A DNA stretch of 61,192 nucleotides from an uncultured Pseudomonadota bacterium (GTDB lineage: Bacteria > SAR324 > NAC60-12), in contig CAJWCD010000004.1 in assembly GCA_913020725.1 (NCBI GenBank), positions 1-61,192 on the forward strand. The letters run 5' to 3'. Below are positions 28,921 to 37,671 of the stretch, one piece after another. Positions within the stretch are counted from its first letter, which is position 1. Each line of letters opens with the position of its first letter. The notes below the pieces were generated by a model. The model did no database searches. It was given only the letters and a program-made list of their open reading frames with translations, and had not been told where the DNA came from. The translations under genes and the position numbers were made by a program.

Positions 28921-29877
28921 ATGCTTCGGATTCTCCTGTTTTTGTTCGTCGCCGTTGAGTTACTGGCCCACGCGATTCCTGCGCTTGCACTTGAGTTGAC
29001 TCACCGGATTCCAGAGTCTGTCCAAAGGCTAGAAATCCGGATGGAGCACACGCCGAGCTACCAAGAGGTTTACGGGCGCTACGAAAAGCGGGTGCCCCTG
29101 CGAGAGTGGCTGTTTGAAAACGAGGCCACCACCGTTTCCGGAACGGTGAGCCGTTCAGAAACCAGAATTCACTTCGACTATGATTGGGGTTGGATGGACG
29201 ACTGGACCGTGAGTGTCGCCAGTGCGGTTGTCCACAAGTCCCAAACCGTCAACCTGTCAGGAGGAAGTGGACTGGAATTACCCGAATCCGGATCGGTCAC
29301 GGGGCTGGGAGACACCACGATTAGCCTGCGCAAGGCACTGTTCGCCAGCACCACTTGGTTCTCGGTGGGCGGGATGCAGTTGGTGCTGCCCACAGGAACT
29401 GCGGGCAAGGCCATCGGTCACTCCCCCAACGCCATTGGGGAGCGGCAAACCGATGTTGGTGGTTTTTTCCGTTTCACTTGGTATCCCCTCGCTCCGGGCT
29501 GGAGAAACGGACTGGGCCTGCGGGTCTTGAGCCAGCTCAAAGGAACCCGGAAAAATTATCGGGGGGAGCGTGTGACCTATTACCCCGGAAACCGGAGGGA
29601 GGTGTATTATAACTGGTCTTATGAGGTGGACAACCTCTTTTTCGGAGGAGAACTGAAGCGGATCGAACAGGGGCCAACCACCCTTGGCACTTCCCAGCGC
29701 AATTCCCTATTCGCAGATCAGGGAACGCTGGAGGTGGGATTCGGAAACCTCACAGACTTGGAAAAGCATCCGCTGCCGTTGCCGTGGCAGTTTCGGCTGA
29801 GTTGGAGCAAGTACCTGCGGGCGCGTCATGTTCCCGCCGCCCCAACCCTGGGTCTCACGTTGATGCTGTTTCTCTGA
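28921..29877 (+). CDS. secreted / outer-membrane protein of unknown function
   Basis: Signal peptide MLRILLFLFVAVELLAHAIPALA. The alternating beta-like pattern is possibly a beta-barrel of the MetA-pathway/transport type. No firm motif. Confidence 0.55.
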   Translation: MLRILLFLFVAVELLAHAIPALALELTHRIPESVQRLEIRMEHTPSYQEVYGRYEKRVPLREWLFENEATTVSGTVSRSETRIHFDYDWGWMDDWTVSVASAVVHKSQTVNLSGGSGLELPESGSVTGLGDTTISLRKALFASTTWFSVGGMQLVLPTGTAGKAIGHSPNAIGERQTDVGGFFRFTWYPLAPGWRNGLGLRVLSQLKGTRKNYRGERVTYYPGNRREVYYNWSYEVDNLFFGGELKRIEQGPTTLGTSQRNSLFADQGTLEVGFGNLTDLEKHPLPLPWQFRLSWSKYLRARHVPAAPTLGLTLMLFL

Positions 29878-32784
29878 TCAGCGCAAAACTACGCGAATTT
29901 TCTGCTCGCCCAACGTGAAAGCCCGCTTGAGGGCGTTCCCGACACTCAAGTAATACCGCCCCACGGGAAGGACCATTTCCGTGATGCTGTCCCGGTCGGT
30001 GCGGTAGTGTTGCCACAGATTGCTGCCCAACCGCACCCGGAAGTTCACCCGTCCCGCCCGCCGCCAAACCGAGGCTTCCGTCAGATCAAGCCGGAACCTG
30101 CCCACGACAACGGCCTCGCTTGTGTACTCCGGTCCAAGCGGAAGACGGGACGGGGGGTGCGGATCCTCGGTTCCGGACACCCGCTCCACTTCGCGCAGCA
30201 GGCGGTTCTGGAACTCTGCGGCGGTCAGACCCCGGAAATCCCGGAGGTCGCTCAAGCGGGGGATCGAGGTCGCCTTCATCACGAACTCTTCTGGGAGGCT
30301 GGCCAGCGCGAGCGGCTCCGGAAGTGTGGCGGGGCGTGTTTGATCGTGACAATCGATGACCTCCAAGTCCAAAGCCCTGCCGCGCCGTTGAGACGCTTGG
30401 TCAAACACCTCACGGCCCCAGTAGGCAAGAGTGTTGCGCACCTCAATTTCCGTGGAATACTGATACCGCTCCGGGTAATAACGTGCTCGATCCGAGAGCC
30501 GCACCGCAATCAGGGTGAGTCCAAAATCCCCTCGTGCCGAGGACGTGCGGACCAAAACATGGTAAGCCGTCAAATCATCCGGAACGTGATCCAGCACCTG
30601 AAAGGCCACTTTTTCCAGACGATCCTGCGTGTCGCAGAACTCGCCTTTCAGCAAGAGGGCATTGAGCTGGATTTGAAGCTGCTGGGCACGGTTTGAAACT
30701 TTTTTAAGCGGTGGGGGCGCGTACACCTGCAGCTCCTCCGGAGACATGCGCCGCGCTTCGGTTTCCAGCAAATCCTGAAGTTCCATGCTCTCATCGGTTG
30801 CCAGTTCGTCGTCGGATTCACTCGTCTCCTCCGCTGTACTCTCGATACCTTCCTCAGCCTCGTCCCCACGCTCCACTTCGATCTGCGCCATCAACTCCAA
30901 GGCGTCATCCGGATAGGCCACCAGTGAAACCTCATTGAGCATGTTCGCCACGGCGATCAAACTCCCATCCGGACTCAGCATCCCATCGCTGAGCGGTGTG
31001 CGCTCGCCATTGAGAATCCGGACGAGGCTGCCGCTTTTCAAATCCCACAAGCGCACCGTCTTGTCCCGGGACACCGAAACCAACCCGCGGCCATCCTGTG
31101 CAAACAAGACACGGGAGACGATGAAGCCGTGCCCCTCTAGCACTGCTTCAAAAACGGGGCGTCCCGGTAACGTAACGTCCCACAGACGGATAGTCGAATC
31201 CTGCGACGCGGAGGCCAACTCACGACCGTCCAAACTGAACGCAACATCGGTCACGCCTTGGTGATGCCCTTCCAATGTGGAGAGCAGTTCCCCCTGCGGG
31301 TAACTCCAGAGCAGCACCTTATTGTCTCGACCGCCAGTGGCAAAAACCGCCCCGTCCGGAGAAAACGCAACACTGGAAATTTGATCTCCGTGGGCTTTTT
31401 CTCGGCGAATCACCTCGTTGCTCTCAAGGTTCCAGAGCAACCACTCCTTGTCTGTGCCTCCAGAAAGCAGCACCCGCCCGTTAGGATGAAACGCCAAAGC
31501 CGTCACCTTGCCTCGGTGCTGGCGCAGGTTGCGGGTTTCCTCCCCGCTTTGGGTGTTCCAGAAACGGATGGAGGAATCCCCCCCACCCGTGGCGAACGTC
31601 TTGCTGTCCGTGGCAAACCGCAGCACTTGCACACGGTGACTCTCGGTTTCGTAGGTGCGCACCACCTCGTGCTTCTCCATGTCCCAAAGCTTGATCGTCT
31701 TGTCCGCGGAAGCCGTGGCGAGGTAGCGTCCGTTGCTGGTGAAATCTAGGCTATTGACCGGACGTTCGTGCCCTTTGAGCGTGGCGAGGAACGAGGAGCT
31801 TCCCAACCCCCATGTCAGCAGGGTGCCATCGGAAAGCGCCGCGAGGACCTGCTTGCCGCTGTTGGCAAACCGCACCTTTTCCACGGATCCGCTGACTGAA
31901 TCGAGCGCACCTGCGGATTCCTCATCGCCCAGCACCCAACGGTGGATGGCTCCGTCCTTGCCGCCGGACAGCACCTCGCGTCCCAGAGGGCTGATGCCAA
32001 ACCCGTTCACGGACTTGGTGTGCTGCGTGAGCTTTTGCAGTTCCTTGCCGTTTTTCCAATCCCAAACGATCAGTGTCCCATCCGCAGAACTGGAAATCAG
32101 ACGCTCGCCATTGGGCGTGAATCCCACCTGTGTGATCGATTTTTGATGCCCAACCAGCGTCCGGATCGGCTTCAGCCCGTCAAGATTCCAGAGCCGCACC
32201 TTGCCGTCCTTGCCACCGCTGGCCAGCAGTGACTCTCGTGGATGGAGGTGAACACTGCGAACAGGACCTCGGTGTGCCTTGATTTCGGAATGGACCAACT
32301 TCAGCACCTCCAAATCCCAGACGATCAGCGCACCATCCTCGCTTCCGGACACCAACGTTTTTGCGGAACCGTCCAGTGCCAATGTCTGGACCGGAGCCAA
32401 ATGTCCCCGTAACGCCTCCAAGGGTTCGGCACGATCCGTGTCCCAGACGCGAATGGTATCGTCGCTCCCTCCGGAATAGAGGAGCGACTCGCTGGGGTGT
32501 GGCACAAACGTCAACGCCTGATGCTCTCCGGTGGGAAAGGCGCGCAACCTGCGACCTGTGGAAGCCGACCAGAAGCTCAGCTTGTGGTCATCGGCAAGCG
32601 TGATCAGCAAGCGAGCATCCGGACTGAAGTGGGCTTCGTGGAGGAAGGCCTTCCCTGCCTTGATGGATTGTTGCAACAGGAAGGTTTCTTCGGAGGCCAG
32701 CACGGTTGTCTGCAAGTACCCCGAGAGCAGGAACAGGCCGATACCCAAAGCCGATTTTAATTGTAGGAGAGTGTGTTTACGCAT
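29878..32784 (-). CDS. secreted WD40-repeat protein (about 14 repeats) with acidic linker and unknown C-terminal domain
   Basis: 968 aa with a signal peptide. Repeated GH...S...F.P.G..L.SGS.D.T.+LW(D/N) units run up to about residue 620. These are followed by the acidic stretch EVERGDEAEEGIESTAEETSESDDELATDE and then about 300 aa with no recognised motif. Confidence 0.85.
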   Translation of the reverse strand: MRKHTLLQLKSALGIGLFLLSGYLQTTVLASEETFLLQQSIKAGKAFLHEAHFSPDARLLITLADDHKLSFWSASTGRRLRAFPTGEHQALTFVPHPSESLLYSGGSDDTIRVWDTDRAEPLEALRGHLAPVQTLALDGSAKTLVSGSEDGALIVWDLEVLKLVHSEIKAHRGPVRSVHLHPRESLLASGGKDGKVRLWNLDGLKPIRTLVGHQKSITQVGFTPNGERLISSSADGTLIVWDWKNGKELQKLTQHTKSVNGFGISPLGREVLSGGKDGAIHRWVLGDEESAGALDSVSGSVEKVRFANSGKQVLAALSDGTLLTWGLGSSSFLATLKGHERPVNSLDFTSNGRYLATASADKTIKLWDMEKHEVVRTYETESHRVQVLRFATDSKTFATGGGDSSIRFWNTQSGEETRNLRQHRGKVTALAFHPNGRVLLSGGTDKEWLLWNLESNEVIRREKAHGDQISSVAFSPDGAVFATGGRDNKVLLWSYPQGELLSTLEGHHQGVTDVAFSLDGRELASASQDSTIRLWDVTLPGRPVFEAVLEGHGFIVSRVLFAQDGRGLVSVSRDKTVRLWDLKSGSLVRILNGERTPLSDGMLSPDGSLIAVANMLNEVSLVAYPDDALELMAQIEVERGDEAEEGIESTAEETSESDDELATDESMELQDLLETEARRMSPEELQVYAPPPLKKVSNRAQQLQIQLNALLLKGEFCDTQDRLEKVAFQVLDHVPDDLTAYHVLVRTSSARGDFGLTLIAVRLSDRARYYPERYQYSTEIEVRNTLAYWGREVFDQASQRRGRALDLEVIDCHDQTRPATLPEPLALASLPEEFVMKATSIPRLSDLRDFRGLTAAEFQNRLLREVERVSGTEDPHPPSRLPLGPEYTSEAVVVGRFRLDLTEASVWRRAGRVNFRVRLGSNLWQHYRTDRDSITEMVLPVGRYYLSVGNALKRAFTLGEQKIRVVLR

Positions 32785-32891
32785 CGCTGACTGTCAAAAC
32801 CATGAAGCGAGACAAGGTTTGTCGTGCAACTCCACGAGAAATGTGTAGATTAATCAAGTATTATACACTCCTGAATCATGACCAAACCGCT

Positions 32892-33689
32892 ATGAGTGAA
32901 TCGTCTAACGATTCGGCCCAACCTTCAGACAAGCATTCGGAAGACACCCCCATGCCGCTAACTGCGCACCTGACCGAGTTGCGCACTCGGCTGGTTCGCA
33001 GCTTAGCAGGCATTATGATCGTCTTCATTGCAGCGTTCTACTGCGAAATGGAGTTTAATCAGCCGATCTTGGCCATCTTCCGGAAGCCGCTTGACGACCG
33101 CAACATCCCGCTGCATTTTCTGGAGCTGACCGAACCTTTCTTCACTTACCTACGCATCGGCCTTTACGCTGCGCTCTTCCTGACCTTTCCTTACATTCTT
33201 GGTCAGTTCTGGTTGTTTATCCGCCCGGCCCTCTATTCTCGTGAACAAAAGGCAGTGTGGCCCTTTGTGCTGCTCTCCTACCCTCTTTTTGTGGGTGGCG
33301 GGATGTTTGGCTACTTTGTCGTGCTGCCCTTCGGTTACGATTTCTTCCTTGGCTTCCAGAATGACGTCACCTTGCCGACGCTCAGCATGGCTTCGTATCT
33401 GTCATTAACGATCCACCTGCTGTTTGCGTTCGGATTCGTTTTTGAAATGCCCACGGTCACCTTCATCCTCACCCGGCTAGGCATCATTGACGCAGATTGG
33501 CTGAGGAACAACCGCAAGTATTCCCTTGTAGTCATCTTCATCGGCGCAGCAATCCTCACTCCTCCAGACGTGTTCACGCAAACGCTGATGGCCGGGCCGC
33601 TGATTATTCTATACGAAATCAGCATCTGGGTGGCCCATTTCTTCGGAGGCGATTCACCTGCAAAGGAACCCGCAAAGTCCGCCGCCTAG
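32892..33689 (+). CDS. tatC: twin-arginine translocase subunit TatC
   Basis: Frame 32706.. trimmed to the ATG at 32892. MPLTAHLTELRTRLVRS, six TM segments and LTPPDVFTQ are typical TatC. Confidence 0.93.
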   Translation: MSESSNDSAQPSDKHSEDTPMPLTAHLTELRTRLVRSLAGIMIVFIAAFYCEMEFNQPILAIFRKPLDDRNIPLHFLELTEPFFTYLRIGLYAALFLTFPYILGQFWLFIRPALYSREQKAVWPFVLLSYPLFVGGGMFGYFVVLPFGYDFFLGFQNDVTLPTLSMASYLSLTIHLLFAFGFVFEMPTVTFILTRLGIIDADWLRNNRKYSLVVIFIGAAILTPPDVFTQTLMAGPLIILYEISIWVAHFFGGDSPAKEPAKSAA

Positions 33690-33692
33690 CCT

Positions 33693-34691
33693 TCAGATCA
33701 TCGGCAAGCGGTCGGTCGGGTTCCGCTCCAGAAATTGCTGGTCGTGGTAGTAGCGGATCGTGGTGTTTGCCGACGCATGCCGCGCATAACTCTGCACCTT
33801 CTGAAGCGGTTCTCCCAGTTCTAAGGCTAGGGTAATCGCCGTGTGCCGCAGGTAGTGTGCCGAGATGTTCAGGCCCACAGCACGACCCAAGCGCGCTACC
33901 ACATCGTTCACGCCCTTGCCTGACATCGCCCCTCCCCTCGTCCGGAACCCCAGTGATGGAAACACCCAGAGGCTGTTCACGCCATGCTCCTGGAGCATCC
34001 TGCGCCATTCCTGCAAACCCTCGTTCAACTCCCAACGCAGCTTGATCCGTTGAGGGGCTCCACTCTTGGTTTCCTGCAACACAATCACATGGTACTGGCC
34101 GTCCGGTTGAATATTGTTCCACTGCAAACCGGCGGCTTCACTCCGCCGTGCTGCGGTCAAATAAAGAAACTTCAGAAGCAGGGCATTGCGCTGCCGGAGC
34201 AACGGTGCCATGCGGGCATCGTAGTCTAGTCGCTCGTTCGCCTCAAGCATCGCGTTGAGTTGCGAGATCTGAAGGGCCCCCTTGTTGCTAAACGCCGCAA
34301 CTTTTTCCGTCCGTAAAACCGAGGGCTGGATTGGATTTTCCGGAAGGTGCCCGAATTCGGTGAGTACCTTGAAAATCTTGCGCAACGCACTCATTGACTG
34401 ATTGACGCTTGCCGGTTTCCACCCTAACCCTTTCAGGTGCTGCTTGTACTCCAGCAACCGCAAGCTGTCCACCTGACGCAATTCTTCCAGCGAACGTACT
34501 TGCGCCCACTCCTGAAGCTGCCGAAAGGCGCGGGTATAGGCCCGTCGTGTGTTCGGTGCATACTCCCGGAACAGCAAATCCAGAGCTTCAGCAGGCCCCA
34601 GTTTTGGCTTTTCCGAGACCGCCATCTCCATGGTTTTTGGCAGTGTTTTTTTATCAGAAAAATCCTGTATAATCAAAGCATTGAGTGGCAT
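33693..34691 (-). CDS. tyrosine site-specific recombinase (phage integrase family, XerC/D-like size)
   Basis: N-terminal SAM-like NTRRAYTRAFRQLQEW. Catalytic AARRSEAAGLQW (Arg), HYLRHTAIT (HxxR) and HASANTTIRYYH (His...Tyr). Confidence 0.9.
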   Translation of the reverse strand: MPLNALIIQDFSDKKTLPKTMEMAVSEKPKLGPAEALDLLFREYAPNTRRAYTRAFRQLQEWAQVRSLEELRQVDSLRLLEYKQHLKGLGWKPASVNQSMSALRKIFKVLTEFGHLPENPIQPSVLRTEKVAAFSNKGALQISQLNAMLEANERLDYDARMAPLLRQRNALLLKFLYLTAARRSEAAGLQWNNIQPDGQYHVIVLQETKSGAPQRIKLRWELNEGLQEWRRMLQEHGVNSLWVFPSLGFRTRGGAMSGKGVNDVVARLGRAVGLNISAHYLRHTAITLALELGEPLQKVQSYARHASANTTIRYYHDQQFLERNPTDRLPMI

Positions 34692-34693
34692 TT

Positions 34694-35932
34694 TCAGGGC
34701 TTGAGGGTGATGTTGACCACATAGGGTGGATTCCAGACCAGCACCTCTTGCGGGGATGGAAGTTCCAGCGCATCAATCGCTTTCAGCAACTCTTGGTTGA
34801 ACAAACGGGAGCTGCTGGGAAACAACAACGCGCGCTCCACGATCCTTCCGGTGGCATCAATGCTCAGCCGGATTCGTGCTTTAATCGCAGTCCGCTCCAG
34901 TTTATGCAGTTTCCGAAAAAACAGTAGCCGAGTCTTGATCTGCTTCCAGATCGCCTGGTTGTAGCGTTTCTCGGCCACCCGGAACCGCAGCTTGTCCAAG
35001 GCATTGAGGGGCTTGGGAAGCAGTGCTTTTTTTTCCGGAGTAGACAGAGACGGGGGCATGAGTGCGGCAAGCAGTTGCTGTGGCTCGTCCGCTACGGGTG
35101 TAGGTGAAACCTTCTCGGCACGAGGTTCCGTTTCTGTCACCACGATTTGCTTCGGGAGAGGTTTTTTCTCAGATTTAATCCGAACCCTTGCCATTGGTTG
35201 CCGGGCCTCCACCGCTGACCGTTTAGGCCCCACGACAGGCTGCAAGCTTTGCTGTTGCAATACGTCCGTGATGCGCTTTTTGGTGTCCGAGTTTGAGCGT
35301 GGGAGCGTGTTTGCCTTCGCAATCCGAGTCGGTTCCATCGGGCGCAGTTTGAGAGTGGTCGTTTCTGGTTTTGATTCTGCCTCAGCCTCTTTCAAAGCAG
35401 GGGATTGAACTAGCACTACTGCCACTGCTGTCACCTTCTCAAGACGCTCCGGACTGACGGCCACCACATAGTTTTCCAGAAAGGGAAGCTGTTGTAACAC
35501 TTGTAGTGTGACCGATTCTGGCCCATCCCCGGACACTCCAAAGGTTTGGTACTGCCAATCTGGTCCTCGCCAGTACACGCGCACTGTGTTTCTGCGGTGT
35601 CGAACCCAGAACAAATGCGCTCCCGGCAGGGCTTCCAGAGCATCCACCGCACAGGAATCATCCACGCATGATGGAGTGGGGGCACTCTTCAAGCGGGCCT
35701 GCTCCTGCTCAAAGGTGGCTTGCAGGGAGAAGTCAAAACGCTTCTGCAACTGTTCCAACACCCCAGCCTGAAGTTGCTGCATTGCCACCTCGGGAGTTGC
35801 CTCCCCGCCTCTGGGTTCCGCCAAAACGGCATACTGTCGAGCCTGCACCAATCCGGGACTCAAACACAGTCCCCCCAACCCTGCGAGGATCAACCCGATG
35901 AGCAGTTGGTGGGAGCTTTGAAAAAGGGTCAT
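34694..35932 (-). CDS. secreted protein with TonB C-terminal-like domain
   Basis: ATG at 35932 gives the signal MTLFQSSHQLLIGLILAGLGGLCLSPGLVQA. Low-complexity K/P/E-rich middle. C-terminus ARIRLSIDATGRIVERALLFPSSSRLFNQELLKAIDALELPSP...VVNITL is TonB_C-like. Sits 2 nt upstream of the recombinase gene. Confidence 0.65.
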   Translation of the reverse strand: MTLFQSSHQLLIGLILAGLGGLCLSPGLVQARQYAVLAEPRGGEATPEVAMQQLQAGVLEQLQKRFDFSLQATFEQEQARLKSAPTPSCVDDSCAVDALEALPGAHLFWVRHRRNTVRVYWRGPDWQYQTFGVSGDGPESVTLQVLQQLPFLENYVVAVSPERLEKVTAVAVVLVQSPALKEAEAESKPETTTLKLRPMEPTRIAKANTLPRSNSDTKKRITDVLQQQSLQPVVGPKRSAVEARQPMARVRIKSEKKPLPKQIVVTETEPRAEKVSPTPVADEPQQLLAALMPPSLSTPEKKALLPKPLNALDKLRFRVAEKRYNQAIWKQIKTRLLFFRKLHKLERTAIKARIRLSIDATGRIVERALLFPSSSRLFNQELLKAIDALELPSPQEVLVWNPPYVVNITLKP

Positions 35933-36084
35933 CCTGTTCACGAAAGCATCGAGAAACGAAATAATCATAAGCGCATGATGGCGCACCTGCCTGCTGCTTT
36001 GCAAGCATTCTTCCCACATCCCCGGCGGCTGGCAAAGAATTCGCAGCACTGTCTCTTGCAAGACCGACTCCCTTCACGGATAAA

Positions 36085-36357
36085 ATGACACAGAAAACCA
36101 CCTCCGAGTTCTCTCCCTCCGAAAGCCGACAACGGCAGCGCGTTGTGGACACCCTAACCCGATTGATGGTCACGGACCGCACCATCTCGGATGCTGAGAT
36201 GCGGTTCCTCAAGGATATGTTTCAGCGGCTGGACGACGGCCAACTCAAGCAAGTCCTCCACTCTTGGTTCCCCGACGAACGGCAAGCACAGGCGGTGTAT
36301 CTGGAAAAGCGGTTTCACCAGTACCAACAGATGTATGGTGGTGCAGGAATCTGTTGA
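36085..36357 (+). CDS. small hypothetical protein
   Basis: 90 aa. LMVTDRTISDAEMRFLKDMFQRL is faintly TerB-like. No firm assignment. Confidence 0.5.
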   Translation: MTQKTTSEFSPSESRQRQRVVDTLTRLMVTDRTISDAEMRFLKDMFQRLDDGQLKQVLHSWFPDERQAQAVYLEKRFHQYQQMYGGAGIC

Positions 36358-36366
36358 CCGCTGCTC

Positions 36367-37668
36367 TTGATGAACCGAGACATCCTGCGGCTCGCCCTTC
36401 CTAGCATTGCCGCAAACATTTCTGTGCCCCTGCTGGGCATCGCAGACATGGTGTTGGTCGGGCACATGGAGTCCGTGTACTACATCGGCGCCCTCGCCTT
36501 GAGCACCACGGTTTTCAATTTCCTCTACTTCGGCCTCAATTTCCTTTCGATGGGCACCACGGGCCTGACGGCTCAGGCGTTTGGTGCTCAGGATTTCACC
36601 GAAATGACACGGGTGCTGGAGCGGGCTTTGCTGCTGGCCTTCACGCTCGGCGGATTGTTGATCCTTCTGCAACCCCTGCTCACATTCCTGATTTTCTCAT
36701 GGGTGGAGACCTCTCCAGAGGTGATGTACCACGCCAAAGCCTATTTTCACATCCGGATCTGGGCTGCTCCGGCTACTTTGGGGCTGATGACAATTCAGGG
36801 TTGGTTCCTTGGATCGCAGGATGCGAAAACCCCGATGATCCTGATGATCGCGGCCAACGGTTTCAATATTGTGGGAAACATCGCCTTTGTCTATGGCCTA
36901 GGGATGCAATCCGAAGGAGTCGCTTGGGGGACGTTGGTCGCACAGTATTCCGGGCTGGCGCTTGCCGCATTGTTGCTGCATCGACGTGTTTCGCTCCAGA
37001 GTTTGGGAAGGCGTTGGTCCGAAACCTTCGATCTTGGGAAACTCCGGAACTACTTCGCTGTCAATGGCAATATCATGATCCGCACCGTGCTGCTGATCGG
37101 CACTCTCTCGTTTTTCACCATCGCCTCAGCGTGGGATGGAGACCTCATTCTTGCCGCGAATTCCCTGCTGATGCAACTCTGGGGGCTTGCTTCCTACGGA
37201 ATGGACGGTTTTGCCAATGCCGGGCAGAGCCTGACGGGGCGTTTTGTTGGCGGGAAGCACCCGCAAGAATTACGACGGTGCGTGCACCTGCTCATGCTCT
37301 GGGGCGGCGGCATCGGACTTGGGTGCGCGATCGTTTACGGATTGGCAGGAGAAGTGCTCCTCGGATGGTTTACCGACAAGGTCAATGTCATCGCAACCGC
37401 CGTGGAATTTCTTCCTTGGGTGGTAGCGGGTGCTCTGCTCAACATGCCGGCGTTCATCTGGGATGGCGTATTCATCGGCGCAACCGCTTCCCGGGCCATG
37501 CGCAATGCCATGTTGGTTTGCACTGCCACCTTCTTTCCGGCGTACTGGGTCATGCACCCCCTGCTTCAGAACCACGGACTCTGGTTCGCTCTGACGCTCT
37601 TCATGGTCGCCCGCAGCGGTACTCTTACACTGCTCGCACCTCGTCACGTCTTCGCCCGCGCTAGGTGA
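36367..37668 (+). CDS. MATE family efflux transporter
   Basis: ILRLALPSIAANISVPLLGIADMVLVGHM and 12 TM segments. TTG at 36367 or ATG at 36370. Confidence 0.9.
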   Translation: MMNRDILRLALPSIAANISVPLLGIADMVLVGHMESVYYIGALALSTTVFNFLYFGLNFLSMGTTGLTAQAFGAQDFTEMTRVLERALLLAFTLGGLLILLQPLLTFLIFSWVETSPEVMYHAKAYFHIRIWAAPATLGLMTIQGWFLGSQDAKTPMILMIAANGFNIVGNIAFVYGLGMQSEGVAWGTLVAQYSGLALAALLLHRRVSLQSLGRRWSETFDLGKLRNYFAVNGNIMIRTVLLIGTLSFFTIASAWDGDLILAANSLLMQLWGLASYGMDGFANAGQSLTGRFVGGKHPQELRRCVHLLMLWGGGIGLGCAIVYGLAGEVLLGWFTDKVNVIATAVEFLPWVVAGALLNMPAFIWDGVFIGATASRAMRNAMLVCTATFFPAYWVMHPLLQNHGLWFALTLFMVARSGTLTLLAPRHVFARAR

Positions 37669-37671
37669 GGT

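Noticed and set aside
36699-37664. 321-aa ORF in an alternative + frame inside the MATE gene
   Set aside because: An Arg/Gly/Pro-rich off-frame translation. The MATE frame has 12 TM segments and the N-terminal MATE signature.
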